NCBI GenBank assembly: GCA_963700285.1
Contig: CAVOXA010000009.1
Coordinates: 32,001 to 96,000, forward strand
DNA: 64,000 nucleotides
Reading direction: 5' to 3'
Source of the DNA: an uncultured Chloroflexia bacterium
GTDB lineage: Bacteria > Chloroflexota > Anaerolineae > JAAYZQ01
In this document: positions 10,708 to 21,997 of the stretch, one piece after another
Layout of the letters: every line of letters starts with the position of its first letter
Numbering within the stretch: the first letter of the stretch is position 1
Position numbers and translations under genes: made by a program
Notes under the pieces: generated by a model
Databases searched by the model: none
What the model was told of the DNA's origin: nothing
Seen by the model: only the letters and a program-made list of their open reading frames with translations

Positions 10708-11838
10708 TCAACCCGGCAGCGCATCCAGCAACCGTCCCACCTCACCCTCCGTATTATAAAAGTGAGGCGACACCCGGATCACATCACCGCGCACGGAGAC
10801 AATGACCCCCGCACCTTCAAGTTGCTCGGCCAGCGCCGCCGAATCGACGGCCGGATGGCGAAAACAGACGATGCCGGACCGGCGGCGCACGTCGTTTATG
10901 GGCGTTGTGATAGTACAGCCCTGCTCCTGCAGCCCGGCGATGAGGAAATCACCCAGGGCCAGGACGCGCGCTTCGATGTTCTCCATACCCACCGACAGCA
11001 GCAGATCCAGCGCGGCCTCCATGCCCAGGAGCCCCACGCTGTTGAGCGAGCCCGGCTCAAAGCGCTCGCCGCTGGTGCGTTGGGGAGAGTCGTAGCGATA
11101 ATAGTCGTCCCGGTCCACCACGGCCCGCCAGCCGGTCATGACCGGGTCCAGCCGGGGCAGGTGCTCCTGGCGGACGTAGAGAAAGCCCGCGCCGATGGGG
11201 CCCAGCATCCATTTCGCGGCCTGGGTGGCCAGAAAATCGACCCCCGTCCGCGCCACGTCGAGCTGCAGCGCGCCCAGCCCCTGGATGCCGTCCACCGAAA
11301 GCAGCGCCCCCCGCTCGTGGCAGAGTTCGGCCAGGGCCTCCAGGTCGTTGCGGTAGCCGGTGCCGAACTCGACGAAACTGATGGCCACCAGCCGCGTCCG
11401 GATGTCCATCCGTTCGGCTACGTCCTCCACCAGGATGCGGTTGTCGCAAGCCGGGACAAAGCGGACCTCGACGCCGCGCCGTCGCAGGTTGGTCCAGGGG
11501 TAGATGTTGGCCGGGAACTCGGTTTCGGCGCAGATCAGGTTGTCGCCCGGCTGCCAATCCAGGCCGGCGGCCACGATGTTCAGCCCGTGGGAGACGCTCC
11601 CGGTAAAGGTTATCTCATCGCGCCCGGCGCCGATGAACCGTGCGGCCAGTTCCCGGATCCGCTCCACGCGATCATCAAAATCAAGTGCCGCCCGGCTGCC
11701 GAACTGCGATCGAGCCAGAATATAGCCGGTCATGGCCTCGGTCACGGGCCGGGGTAGGGCGCCCACCGCGGCGTGATTGAGATAGGTACAACGCTGGGTT
11801 ACGGGAAACAGCTCGCGGATTGCGTCCAGATCCATCAT
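10708..11838 (-). CDS. Aminotransferase class V / cysteine desulfurase-like PLP enzyme
   Basis: YLNHAA, VDGIQGLG, AKWMLGPIGAG (PLP Lys), IRVSPHFYN; fused to upstream ORFs in the track only through frameshifts. Confidence 0.85.
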   Translation of the reverse strand: MMDLDAIRELFPVTQRCTYLNHAAVGALPRPVTEAMTGYILARSQFGSRAALDFDDRVERIRELAARFIGAGRDEITFTGSVSHGLNIVAAGLDWQPGDNLICAETEFPANIYPWTNLRRRGVEVRFVPACDNRILVEDVAERMDIRTRLVAISFVEFGTGYRNDLEALAELCHERGALLSVDGIQGLGALQLDVARTGVDFLATQAAKWMLGPIGAGFLYVRQEHLPRLDPVMTGWRAVVDRDDYYRYDSPQRTSGERFEPGSLNSVGLLGMEAALDLLLSVGMENIEARVLALGDFLIAGLQEQGCTITTPINDVRRRSGIVCFRHPAVDSAALAEQLEGAGVIVSVRGDVIRVSPHFYNTEGEVGRLLDALPG

Positions 11839-11929
11839 GCACTCCTTTGGGTCAAGTGTGGTTGCTCGTCTTTCTCCACTCCGCCGCTGCGCGCGGAGGC
11901 GCTCTTTGTCAGGGCGTGGGGATCCCCTT

Positions 11930-12690
11930 CTATGGTGCCTGGATCGCCTCAACAATACGGGGCAGGACCTCCACAACGTCGCCGTGGATGGCCACGTCGG
12001 CCCATTGGTCAAAGGCGGTGGGCTGGAGGTTGACAATGATGGCCTTGGCCCCGCAGCCCACGGCCAGAATAGGGAATATCGGACGCGGGAGGCACGCTCG
12101 AGCGACGAACCGGCGACCAGGATCAGATCGCAGTCGCGGGCTTCTTGCATGGCCTCGTTGAGCACGCGGATGGGCAGTTGCTCGCCAAAGAGAATGATGT
12201 TGGGTTTCAGCACGCCGCCGCAGTCGCAGCGCGGTACCCGGCCCTCCCGGACGAGCTGCTGCATGCCGGCGTCCACGGCCACAACCTGGTAGCAGCGGAC
12301 GCAGGTCGCTTCTCTCAGGTGCCCGTGGAGTTCCAACACCCTCTCTGATCCCGCCCGCTGGTGCAAGCTGTCGATATTCTGGGTGATGACGGTCTTTAGG
12401 GTTCCCACCGCCTCCAGATCCGCCAGGGCGGTGTGGGCTGGGTTGGGGCTGGCATCGAGCATGACGTCAACCAGGGGCCGGATCCACCGGTAAAAGTTCT
12501 CCGGCTGTACCTGAAAGGCCCAGATGGAGGCCACCGCCATGGGATTGTCCTTTTCCCACACTCCTGAACCCGGGCTGCGAAAGTCGGGGATGCCCGAGTG
12601 GGTGCTGTGGCCCGCGCCGGTAAAGGCCACCATGTGGCGTGCCTGGCGGACAAGCTCCACCGCACGTTCGATTTTGCCGTCACAGTCCAT
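11930..12690 (-). CDS. cobB: NAD-dependent deacylase (sirtuin); frameshifted near the 3' end
   Basis: FTGAGHS..SGIPDFR, ITQNIDSLH, ELHG, two Cys pairs, KPNIILFGE, GSSL. Confidence 0.9.
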
Positions 12691-12749
12691 GCTTGACTCC
12701 CAGGTGGAGTAGGGGCAGGCCGCGTCTATCTCCCGGCCCCCCGCATCCT

Positions 12750-13448
12750 TTACGACGAAGGTGTGGGTCCTACACCAACCTCGATCGGCGCACCACCGGC
12801 CACCTTGTGCGCACAGCGCGTCGTCTCTGGCAGGCGATAGCCTCGGCCGCAGCGCAGGACAAAATCGATGGCCGTCGACAGGTCTACCCGATGGCCGATG
12901 GAGACGAACAGGGGTTTGACCCTTGCCCGGCTCCGGACCACGGCGCCAATCCTTTGGTTTTCGTCCACCAGTGGCGCCCAATCGCCCGCATTTTCGCCCG
13001 GCGCCTCGTAGGTGCCCACGAGGCGCGATTTGGCGCAGCCGACGCTGGGCCAATCCAGGATGACGCCCATATGGGCCGCCAAACCCATGCGCCGCGGATG
13101 GGCCAGGCCTTGCGCATCAAAGATGAAGAGGTCAGGCCAGATCCTGAGTTGGTCCAGGGCCGCCAGCACGCTGGGCCCCTCTCGAAAGGCCAGCAGGCCG
13201 GGCACATAGGGAAAGGTGACCGGCGCCTCGGCCAAGGCATAGCCTACCGGTTCCAGCTCCGGAAAACTCAAAGTGACCACCGCCGCGTAGGCCATCTTAC
13301 CCCGAATGCTGACATCCACCCCGGCCACCATTCGTACCGAAGCGGGCGCAAAGGTCGTTTCCGTCACAACCTTCTCCGCCAGTTCAGCCTGTAGCGCCTT
13401 GGCCTCATCCAGCGGCAGGTCCCACGAATGGGAAATGGCCAGCCTCAT
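12750..13448 (-). CDS. nfi: Endonuclease V
   Basis: AGVDVS, FPYVPGLLAFREGP, DAQGLAHPRRMGLA, GCAKS, YRLPETTR. Confidence 0.95.
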   Translation of the reverse strand: MRLAISHSWDLPLDEAKALQAELAEKVVTETTFAPASVRMVAGVDVSIRGKMAYAAVVTLSFPELEPVGYALAEAPVTFPYVPGLLAFREGPSVLAALDQLRIWPDLFIFDAQGLAHPRRMGLAAHMGVILDWPSVGCAKSRLVGTYEAPGENAGDWAPLVDENQRIGAVVRSRARVKPLFVSIGHRVDLSTAIDFVLRCGRGYRLPETTRCAHKVAGGAPIEVGVGPTPSS

Positions 13449-13536
13449 CCCCTCCGCCCCTTTCTTCCCTTCGGCAGTGTACCGTTCTCGGAAAAAATCA
13501 CCCTAAGGGCAGACCGCCCTGGGTTTCCATTCAGTC

Positions 13537-13860
13537 CACGGCGCTGAAGCGCCTACTACAAACGGGTCTCGCTTTTGGTCAAGGCTACGTTAATCCGCGA
13601 AAAGTACGAATGTAGCATCTACGGACGGTCCTGAGCCAGGGCGGGGCCCGTTCGCAGTGCGCGTTTCAACGCGCTATCTGGGCCGCGAGTCGAATTCTTG
13701 AACCAGAACGGCACTGAAGCGCCTACTACGAACGGGTTTCGTTTCTGGGCATTGCTGGATGAATTCGTAACAGTACGAATATGAGGCCTGAACCCGAGTA
13801 TCCTACATTTCAGCCGGTTTCAACCAGCGTCGCTGCGTAGCCCTGGGCTTTAGCCCCGGG
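13537..13860. repeat. Cluster of GTAG-type REP palindromes
   Basis: GGCGCTGAAGCGCCTACTAC-type copies at 13537-13568 and 13707-13736, an inverted degenerate copy at 13647-13674, and GTAGCCCTGGGCTTTAGCCCCGGG at 13837-13860. Confidence 0.75.
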
Positions 13861-14011
13861 CGGTCCCTCTACCACGTCTTCCCCATATCCGCCCCAACCA
13901 CGGTCGGTATAGATCGCCGTTACTTTAGCATAGAACGGATCCTTTGGCAAGCTTGACAGGCCAGACCTTTTGGGGTAAGATGCACGCGGTTTTCTGGATG
14001 AGGGGAAAGGC

Positions 14012-14905
14012 TTGGTGCGTGGGTTTCTGACTTTTGCCGTCTATCGTATCCTCGGAGCGCTGGTAGGGCGTTTGCCAGGGAGGGTTGGCTACTGGTTGGC
14101 CGATAGGGCAAGCTGGCTCTTCTATCGTTTCTCTCCCCAACTCAGGCTCTCTATTGAAGACAACATTCGACACGTTCTAGGTCCCGGCGTTGACGATGCC
14201 CAAATACAATCGCTGGTTCGCCAGACCTGCGCCAGCATTCTCAAGGGGCACTATGACCTCTTCCGCCTCGATCGCCTCACTAGCCAGCAGATCGGGGATC
14301 TCTTGCTGTTGGAGGGTTGGGAGAACCTCGAAGAAGCCCTGGAATTAGGCAAGGGCGCGATCATTTTCTCCGCCCATCTCGGCAACGTGGACCTGGTGAT
14401 GCAGTTTGCCAACCTGCGTGGGATCCAGGCGGTGGCGCCGGTCCAGCGCATTGAGCCGGAGCGTCTCTTTCAGTACACCCTCCGCTTGCGTACGAGCCAC
14501 GGCATCAGGCTGATACCCACCGACGAGCCCATGATTGGCCTATTTCGAGCGCTAAAGAGCGGAGGGGTCATTGGCCTGGCCGCCGACAGGGATGTGGCCG
14601 ATTCCTCCATAGAGGTCGACTTTTTTGGAGCACCGACGCACCTGCCCGACGGACCGGTCCAGGTCGCCCTGCGGACCGGTGCAGCGCTCATCCCGGCTTT
14701 TGCCATCCGTCTGCCTGACAATTCATTCCTGGTTACGATAGAACCAGCCCTCGATTTGCAGCGTACAGGGGACAGGGAAGCCGATGTGAAGGCTGGCATG
14801 AAACTGGTCGTGGCAGCCATGGAGCGGCATATCGCCCAGCACCCGGAGCAGTGGCTGGTGATCCACCGCATCTGGCCAGACGATGACAGCAGCCCGCATT
14901 CTTGA
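14012..14905 (+). CDS. LpxL/PatA-family lipid acyltransferase (PI-mannoside acyltransferase-like)
   Basis: SAHLGNVD (H-x4-D), GLAADRD, VDFFG, HPEQW. Confidence 0.85.
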   Translation: MVRGFLTFAVYRILGALVGRLPGRVGYWLADRASWLFYRFSPQLRLSIEDNIRHVLGPGVDDAQIQSLVRQTCASILKGHYDLFRLDRLTSQQIGDLLLLEGWENLEEALELGKGAIIFSAHLGNVDLVMQFANLRGIQAVAPVQRIEPERLFQYTLRLRTSHGIRLIPTDEPMIGLFRALKSGGVIGLAADRDVADSSIEVDFFGAPTHLPDGPVQVALRTGAALIPAFAIRLPDNSFLVTIEPALDLQRTGDREADVKAGMKLVVAAMERHIAQHPEQWLVIHRIWPDDDSSPHS

Positions 14906-14963
14906 GCTCTACGCTCGCCGCTCCTGCAATCTCGGGTGAGTAGCACGAAAGGGAGGAGAACCC

Positions 14964-15665
14964 ATGTCCATCATTGATCGCAAGGCCCGCGAGTACAGCC
15001 GCCCCCTGCTCGTGGCTGTTGCCAACCGGCTCGACAAGTGGCATGTCACACCGAACATGGCTACCTATTTTGGCATGGTTCTGACGACCGGGGTCGCGGT
15101 CCTGGCTGCCCTGGGCGAGATCCGCTGGGCGGGCGTGGCCTACATCTTTGCCGCAGTCTGGGATGCGGTGGATGGAACGCTGGCTCGCGTAACGGGCAAG
15201 GGCAGCCGCTTTGGCGCTTTCCTGGATTCGACCATCGATCGCTTCGAGGAGTCGATCGTCTTCCTGGCATTGGCCATCTACTATGCCTACGCGGGAGGGC
15301 AGTTCGACTATCCCTACGAGATCCCACTGATCATGCTGGCGACCATCGGTTCGCTCATGGTCAGCTATACCCGGTCCCGGTCTGAGACTGTGGGTGTAGA
15401 GTGCAAGGTCGGTTTCATGACCCGCATCCCTCGCGTGGTGGTCATGATCATCGGCATGATCCTCGATCAGATGCTCATTACCCTGGTCATCCTGGCGGTG
15501 ACCTCACTCTTTACGGCTTTCCATCGCATGTACCACGTCTGGCAAATGACCGGTGGCGAGGCCGGAGGCTGGGGCCCGGTTCAGGAACCCTTTGTCCTGT
15601 CTGTTCCAGTGATAGTAGGGACTGGCGAGACCGGCGAGGATGAGGAGAGAGAGGCAGCGGGATAA
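14964..15665 (+). CDS. CDP-alcohol phosphatidyltransferase (PI-phosphate synthase-like)
   Basis: TPN..T, DAVDGTLAR...GAFLDSTIDR signature, SLMVSYTRSR. Confidence 0.9.
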   Translation: MSIIDRKAREYSRPLLVAVANRLDKWHVTPNMATYFGMVLTTGVAVLAALGEIRWAGVAYIFAAVWDAVDGTLARVTGKGSRFGAFLDSTIDRFEESIVFLALAIYYAYAGGQFDYPYEIPLIMLATIGSLMVSYTRSRSETVGVECKVGFMTRIPRVVVMIIGMILDQMLITLVILAVTSLFTAFHRMYHVWQMTGGEAGGWGPVQEPFVLSVPVIVGTGETGEDEEREAAG

Positions 15666-16754
15666 TGAAGTATCTGAATATCCTACTGGTCTTTGTTGTC
15701 CTGGCTGTCGTAGCTGAATTCGCCGGTTGGAACCCGCTGATTGTCTTTGCTGCGGCCGGCCTGGCCATGATCCCCCTGGCGGGGCTGATGGGCACGGCCA
15801 CCGAGGCGCTGGCCGTCCACACGGGCCCTCGCCTGGGTGGATTGCTCAATGCCACGCTGGGCAACGCGGCGGAGTTGATCATCACCATCATGGCCATCCG
15901 CGAGGGATTGCTGAACCCGGCCATCAACGAGCAGATGCTCGAACTGGTACGAGCCTCGCTGACCGGCTCGATCATGGGCAACATCCTGCTGGTACTGGGC
16001 CTGAGCATGCTCGTGGGCGGTCTGAAGCACGGCACCCAAAAGTTTGACCGGAGCCACGCTGGGATGAATGCCACCATGCTGATGCTGGCCGTGGCCGCGC
16101 TGGTCATTCCCTCGATCTTTAGCCACAGCATCGAGGCGGTGAACCACGACGCGGTCGAGTACCTCAGCTTGGGGGTGGCGGGGGTGATGATCGGGCTCTA
16201 TGCCTTGGCCCTGATCTACCAGTTTCGCGAGGGCAAAGCCCAGACCCTGCGAGGACGACCAGCAGGCAGTGGTCGAGCAAGAGGCGCCTCAGTGGTCGGT
16301 GGCCCGAGGCGTGTTCGTGCTGTTGCTGGCCACGGGCGCCATCGTCTGGATGAGCGAGTTGCTGGTGGGCTCCGTCGAGCACGTGGTGGTACAAATCGGC
16401 ATCAGCGAGTTCTTCCTGGGGATCATTCTGATTCCCCTGATCGGCAATGTGGCCGAACATTTGGTCGCGGTACAAGTAGCCGCCAAGAACAAGATGGAGT
16501 TGAGCCTGGCCATCTCGGTAGGCTCCAGCCTGCAGATTGCCCTGTTTGTCGCTCCTCTGCTGGTCTTTATCAGCCTGTTGATGGGCAATCCGCTGACGCT
16601 GGTCTTTAACCAATTCGAGTTGATCGCCCTCATGGCGGCGGCCCTGATCGCGGGCCTGGTATCCCTGGATGGTGAATCGAACTGGTTCGAAGGGGCCATG
16701 TTGCTGACGATCTTTGTCATCTTGGCCCTGGGTTTCTTCTGGCTGCCCATGTAA
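15665..16754 (+). CDS. Calcium/proton exchanger (CAX), frameshift near 16250
   Basis: GNAAELI and GNVAEH alpha-repeats, GSSLQIALFVAP. Confidence 0.9.
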
Positions 16755-16902
16755 TCGTCCTGCCTGGAAGGCTTGCAACTGCGCTCCAAAAAGGAGAACG
16801 AGGAATCGGGCAGCCGATTCCTCGTATCGCCGGGCGACCTGCCCTCAGCGCGATTTCCACCGAAAACGAACTACTGATCTGCGAGCCTGTTGCCTGAAAA
16901 GC

Positions 16903-18253
16903 CTATGGATACATGCGCCCCAGCAGCCGCGGGAAGGGGATCGTCTCGCGGATGTGGTCCAGCCCGCAGATCCACATCACCGTGCGCTCGATGCCCAGGC
17001 CAAAGCCGCTGTGCGGTACGGATCCGAAGCGTCGCAGGTCCAGGTACCATTCGTAGGCATCGCGAGGCAGGTCGTGGTGCTCGATCTGCTGCCTCCAGGA
17101 AGGCCAGGTCCCCGGACCGCTCGCCACCACCGATGATCTCGCCATAGCCCTTCGGGCGCCAGCAGGTCTGACGAGCGACAGGTTTCCGGCCGGTCCGGCT
17201 CCTGGGCCATGTAGAAGGCCTTGACCTGGGTGGGGATAGTGGTGGACAAAGACCGGCTTCTCGAACTGCTCGGCCACGTAGGTCTCGTGCGGTGCGCCAA
17301 AATCATCCCCCCAGGCAATGGCCGGCACCAGTTCGTCCTGGGGCGGGACGCGTTCGCCGGCCTCCGCGGCCTTGTTGATCATCTCCACCGCCTCGTCGTA
17401 GTGGATGCGCGGGAAGGGCGGCTCGATCTTCTCCAGCCGGCTCAGATCGCGCCCCAGCAGCTCCAGCTCCTTGCGCCGCTCTCGCAGGGTGGTCTGGACG
17501 ATGTAGCTGACAAACTGCTCCTGGATCTCCATGTTCTCCCACATGTCCACGTAGGCCGCCTCCGGCTCTACCATCCAGAATTCCTGGATGTGCCGCCGGG
17601 TCTTGGACTTTTCGGCGCGAAAGGTCGGTCCAAAGCAATAGACCCGGCCAAAGGCCATGATGTTGGCCTCGTTGTAGAGCTGGCCGCTCTGGCTCAGGTA
17701 GGCAGGTGTACCGTGGTAGTCGGTCTCAAAGAGCGTCGTCGTCCCCTCACAGGCTGCTGGGGTCAGGATGGGCGTGTCCATCAGGATGAAGCCGTGATCG
17801 TCCAGCCAGTCGCGGATGGCCTTGATGATCGTCGCCCGCACGCGCAGCGTCGCCCACTGCCGCGAGGAGCGGATCCACAGGTGGCGGTTCTGCATCAGAA
17901 AATCGACCCCATGTTCCTTGGGGGTGATGGGATACTCGTCCGTAACAACCTGGACAATCTGTAGGTCGCTGACATCCATCTCGATGCCGCCGGGAATGAC
18001 CCGGGGCGCGTTCGTCGGCGCGGACGGCGCCGGTGACGATCAGGGACGATTCCTGGGTCAGCTGTCGTGCCGTCTCAAATACCTCGGGCGTGACCTCCTT
18101 TTTAAAGACCACGCATTGTATGATCCCGGTACCGTCGCGTACCTGTAAGAACTGGAGCCGGCCCTTGCCAGTCTTGGCATAGAGCCAACCCTTGACGGTG
18201 ACGGTCTCGCCGACGTGGTCCGCAATGTCCTTGATGAAAGCCTGTTCGGCCAT
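16903..18253 (-). CDS. asnS: Asparagine--tRNA ligase, several frameshifts
   Basis: OB-fold [53 protein letters not shown]. Confidence 0.95.
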
Positions 18254-18504
18254 TCGCTTTCTCCTCTGCTGCCGGTCTGACAAGCCCCTGAACGGAGCGG
18301 CTGAGCGGCTTTCTGAGCTCTGCCTGTTGGCTTGCCAAGCCCTTGTTGGTGATATGTTGCTCTTTCTAAGCCAGACCCCGGTGAATTGGGCCTGGCATTA
18401 TAGCATAGATTATCTATTTTGTGAACAGTGCAAGTGAGGAGAGTGTAGGTTGGTCTCGCCAGTGGTTTTTGCATCTGCGCCAAGGCATGATATAATCTTG
18501 GGAC

Positions 18505-18798
18505 ATGACAGAAAGCTCACCAGTCCTCACGCGTTTGCAGGCCGTGGTTCATGGGCGCGTGCAGGGTGTCAGTTACCGCTACTATACGCAGCGCCGTGCC
18601 GCAGAGCTGGGGCTGACTGGCTATGTCCGCAACGAGCGCGATGGTACCGTGCAGGTTGTTGCCGAAGGACCAAAGCCTGCTGTGCAGGAGTTGCTATCGT
18701 TTCTGCATGTGGGGCCACAGACGGCTTTTGTGACCCAAGTAGACACGCACTGGATCGCCCCAACCGGCGAATTCGATCGATTTGAGGTACGCTGCTGA
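18505..18798 (+). CDS. acyP: Acylphosphatase
   Basis: VHGRVQGVSYR, GYVRNERDGTV. Confidence 0.95.
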   Translation: MTESSPVLTRLQAVVHGRVQGVSYRYYTQRRAAELGLTGYVRNERDGTVQVVAEGPKPAVQELLSFLHVGPQTAFVTQVDTHWIAPTGEFDRFEVRC

Positions 18799-20013
18799 AT
18801 GCGTAAGAACCCCGACCGGGTCGCCTGGACGGTTTTGTCGATAGCCTTCATATTCTTTTGCCTGCTGGCCGTTGGCATCCCGCTAGGTATCCGGTCCTAT
18901 CTACTCAATTCTACCGAAGATCAGGATACGCTTCTGCAGGTGATCGAGGGTACAGTCCTAGTTGACAAGGCCAACGGGGCCGACCCCATCGGCGTCACCG
19001 ACTCGGCAATGCTATCTCCAGGCGACGAGGTGATTACCGACGACACGTCGTGGGCGACCCTGGACCTGTTTGATCGCAGCCATGTGACGCTTTATCGAGA
19101 GGCCAAGGTCAAGCTGGAGCAGGCTCACGCCCCTCAGTTTGGTCTGAGCAGCAAGCCCAACCAGATCACGTTGAACATGACCGGGGGGATCGTACGCGTG
19201 GGTGTAGCCCTGCCTATGGAGCGTCCAACCGATTTCCAAGTGGTCACTCCACATGCCGATGTGGCTTTGGAGGAAGGAAGCTACCGGATTGAGGTTGCCA
19301 ATGAGGGTACACAGTTAACGGTACTTCGGGGGCAGGCAACGGTGGGCCAGGATGCACCTGCGGAGGTACTCCGCCAGGGCGAGCGTACTTGGGTGAACTT
19401 GGATGGTGTTCCGGCGGACCCCTTGCCCGCTGCACAGAACCTGATTCAAAATGGAAGCTTTCAGCTGCCGCTCGAGACGCATTGGGTCACGAGTACCGTG
19501 GTTTTCTCGTCAACCGTAAAGCCACCAGCGATTCAAGATGTTGAAGATGGCGGTAGGCGAGCTATACGCTTGGTACGGCGTGAACCGGATGATGGTACCC
19601 ATAGCGAAGTGGCCATCCAGCAGAGATTGGATCAAGACGTGCGCGATTTTGACCGTCTGACGGTATCGATGGACGTCTTGCTTGATTTCCAGAGCCTGTC
19701 CGGGGGTGGCCTGCTTAGTTCCGAGTTCCCTATTATTGTTCGTTTGGACTACAAGGACCGTTGGGGCAGCGACAAGTTCTGGACCCACGGGTTCTACTAT
19801 CAGAACCCGCAGGGCTATCCCATCGCTCCGGATCCCTGGGGCCAGCCAACAGGGGAAAAGATCCCCAGGGGGGTATGGTACCCGTACGAGTCCGGCAACC
19901 TCTTGGAGCTTTTGGGAGACAACCGCCCGGCTCAGATCACGGGTCTCACTGTCTATGCATCGGGCTGGAACTATGACAGCCTGGTCTCAGAAGTTCAACT
20001 CATCCTGGAATAG
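18799..20013 (+). CDS. Membrane-anchored FecR-domain protein with C-terminal carbohydrate-binding-like domain
   Basis: TM helix, FQVVTPHA, GSYRIEV, VLRGQATV, NLIQNGSF. Confidence 0.65.
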   Translation: MRKNPDRVAWTVLSIAFIFFCLLAVGIPLGIRSYLLNSTEDQDTLLQVIEGTVLVDKANGADPIGVTDSAMLSPGDEVITDDTSWATLDLFDRSHVTLYREAKVKLEQAHAPQFGLSSKPNQITLNMTGGIVRVGVALPMERPTDFQVVTPHADVALEEGSYRIEVANEGTQLTVLRGQATVGQDAPAEVLRQGERTWVNLDGVPADPLPAAQNLIQNGSFQLPLETHWVTSTVVFSSTVKPPAIQDVEDGGRRAIRLVRREPDDGTHSEVAIQQRLDQDVRDFDRLTVSMDVLLDFQSLSGGGLLSSEFPIIVRLDYKDRWGSDKFWTHGFYYQNPQGYPIAPDPWGQPTGEKIPRGVWYPYESGNLLELLGDNRPAQITGLTVYASGWNYDSLVSEVQLILE

Positions 20014-20045
20014 GGATGCACTGGCCTCCACCTGATACCCCGCTG

Positions 20046-20576
20046 TCACTCCTGCTCTCTTAGCTGTAGCTTGTAGTTACCGCGAATCTCGTCAAATAGA
20101 GCACAGTATCGGCTGCTGGCATAGTCCGGATAGGTCCAGGGCCAGGGGCGGAAGCGACCTCGCTGGTAGGTCAGCGTCACTTCGCCATAGATGCCCTGGC
20201 CCAGGTAGATTCGGTGGGCGTGGTTTTTGGTTGAAGCGAGCACGAGTTTGCCCAGAGAGACGTAGCCGGGATCGATGTTCACCCGACGCCTACCTTCCTT
20301 CGCCATCAGCCACTCCAGTTCATTGGTTCTTAGCTTGATGTCTGGCAACTGTGAGGGATCGATGAGCTGCGCAAAGGCACAGATCTGCCGCTGCAGGTTC
20401 GGCCCAAACTCATGCGCATAGTAATCGGTATGGTCAAAGGCAAACAGCTCGCTTTCAATCTCGGTGGGTCCAAAAACGCGGACCAGCGCTGCTTTGGCGT
20501 CTGAGATCAGGCCTGGCTCCCCAGCGAGGAGACTCGTTATTAGTTGGACCGGTGCTGCATCTCGTGCCGATGCCAT
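20046..20576 (-). CDS. DUF4416 family protein
   Basis: TDYY..EFG, RRVNIDPGY, LASTKN.AHRIYLGQGIY, WTYPDY. Confidence 0.85.
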   Translation of the reverse strand: MASARDAAPVQLITSLLAGEPGLISDAKAALVRVFGPTEIESELFAFDHTDYYAHEFGPNLQRQICAFAQLIDPSQLPDIKLRTNELEWLMAKEGRRRVNIDPGYVSLGKLVLASTKNHAHRIYLGQGIYGEVTLTYQRGRFRPWPWTYPDYASSRYCALFDEIRGNYKLQLREQE

Positions 20577-20716
20577 TGACTTGCTCCCTTCCACCAAATC
20601 ATACGGCAAACCCTACCTCCTGTCAATTTGGCGAGCCGTACTCAACTGTGGTATACTTTCGGGCCTGTCCGGGCCTTCCTGCCCGGACAGCCAATTTTGA
20701 ACTCAGGGAAGGCACC

Positions 20717-21901
20717 ATGACCACTGAGGTAGTAGTTGGAACTAAGCCGGTTGACGCCGCACGATTCCAAACGGACCGCGTGACGGCCATGTCTGCCTCC
20801 CACGCGGTACATGATACCTACTCTGCGTTCCTCCCTCCACTTCTGCCGATCTTCATCGAGACTATGTCGCTGACCAATACTGGGGCTGGGATGTTGACTG
20901 TCTTTTTGCAACTGCCATCGCTGACCCAGCCCTTCATTGGGCACCTGGCAGATCGTGTGGGCTTGCGCTATGCGGTCATTCTGGCACCTGCCGTGGCCGG
21001 CGCAACGATGAGCCTTCTGGGCGTGGCTCCAACTTATGGTGTTCTCGTTCTGCTCCTGCTGCTAGCAGGTATCATGTCTGCGGCGCTGCACGCCGTGGGC
21101 CCGGTGATGACTGGCCGTCTCTCGGGCAGCAGCCTCGGGCAGGGCATGGGATTCTGGATGGTCGGCGGCGAGTTGGGCCGAACGTTGGGACCAATCATCA
21201 TTGTCACGGCGGTGCAGTTTCTGACGCTGGAGGGAATGCCCTGGCTGATGATAGGCGGTTTGGTGGCCTCGGCCCTTCTTTGGGTCGGGCTCAGGGACCT
21301 GTCAGGGCTCCCGACTGATTCAGAGTCGGGCCTGCACTGGCAGGAGGCATTGCGAAATATGTGGCCGTTCTTGCTACCACTGGCGGGCATAATCGTCGTA
21401 CGCGCTTTTATGGTTTCGGCATTGACCACCTATCTTCCCATCTTTCTTCACAGCGAAGGATCCACCCTGTGGTTCGCGGGCATATCTCTTGCCGTCCTGG
21501 AGGCAGCCGGTGTCGCCGGGGCATTGCTTGGGGGTTCGCTCAGTGACCGGGTCGGCCGCCGTGTGGTACTGGTTGTCTCGCTGGTGAGTACGCCTATCCT
21601 TATGTTCATCTTTCTGGCTACCAGTGGCTGGCTGCGGTTTCCACTATTGCTTCTGCTCGGTTTTACTGCCCTGTCCGTCATTCCGGTCATCATGGCGCTG
21701 GTGCAGGAGAGCTTTCCTGAGAATCGCGCCCTGGCCAATGGCGTCTACATGTCAATGTCCTTCCTCCTTCGTTCGGGCGCCGTCCTTTTGCTGGGAATGA
21801 TGGGCGACTCTTGGGGAATGCGTACAGCTTTTGCCGTCAGCGCCGTGCTCCCACTGCTGGGTTTGCCTTTTCTCTGGCTGCTGCCTTCGAGGCAGCGCTG
21901 A
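20717..21901 (+). CDS. MFS transporter (Fsr-like)
   Basis: HAVHDTY, QPFIGHLADRVG, GSLSDRVGRR; about 12 TM segments. Confidence 0.9.
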   Translation: MTTEVVVGTKPVDAARFQTDRVTAMSASHAVHDTYSAFLPPLLPIFIETMSLTNTGAGMLTVFLQLPSLTQPFIGHLADRVGLRYAVILAPAVAGATMSLLGVAPTYGVLVLLLLLAGIMSAALHAVGPVMTGRLSGSSLGQGMGFWMVGGELGRTLGPIIIVTAVQFLTLEGMPWLMIGGLVASALLWVGLRDLSGLPTDSESGLHWQEALRNMWPFLLPLAGIIVVRAFMVSALTTYLPIFLHSEGSTLWFAGISLAVLEAAGVAGALLGGSLSDRVGRRVVLVVSLVSTPILMFIFLATSGWLRFPLLLLLGFTALSVIPVIMALVQESFPENRALANGVYMSMSFLLRSGAVLLLGMMGDSWGMRTAFAVSAVLPLLGLPFLWLLPSRQR

Positions 21902-21997
21902 GTGCCAGGGTTGGTGCGTGTTGAACCACAACCTGTCAGCTTCAAAGCCATCCGTGCGGGTGGTGACTGTGGGCTGGTCGTCATCCCTCGATCTGCT

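Noticed and set aside
10708-13053. 781-aa sirtuin-aminotransferase fusion
   Set aside because: Frameshifts near the cobB 3' end bypass its stop at 11930-11932, and the ORF's 5' part overlaps nfi. These are separate genes.
16903-18253. Programmed frameshifting or pseudogenisation of asnS (also selD, cax, DEAD helicase, hsdR)
   Set aside because: Indels are scattered through many unrelated conserved genes, which is best explained by sequencing error.
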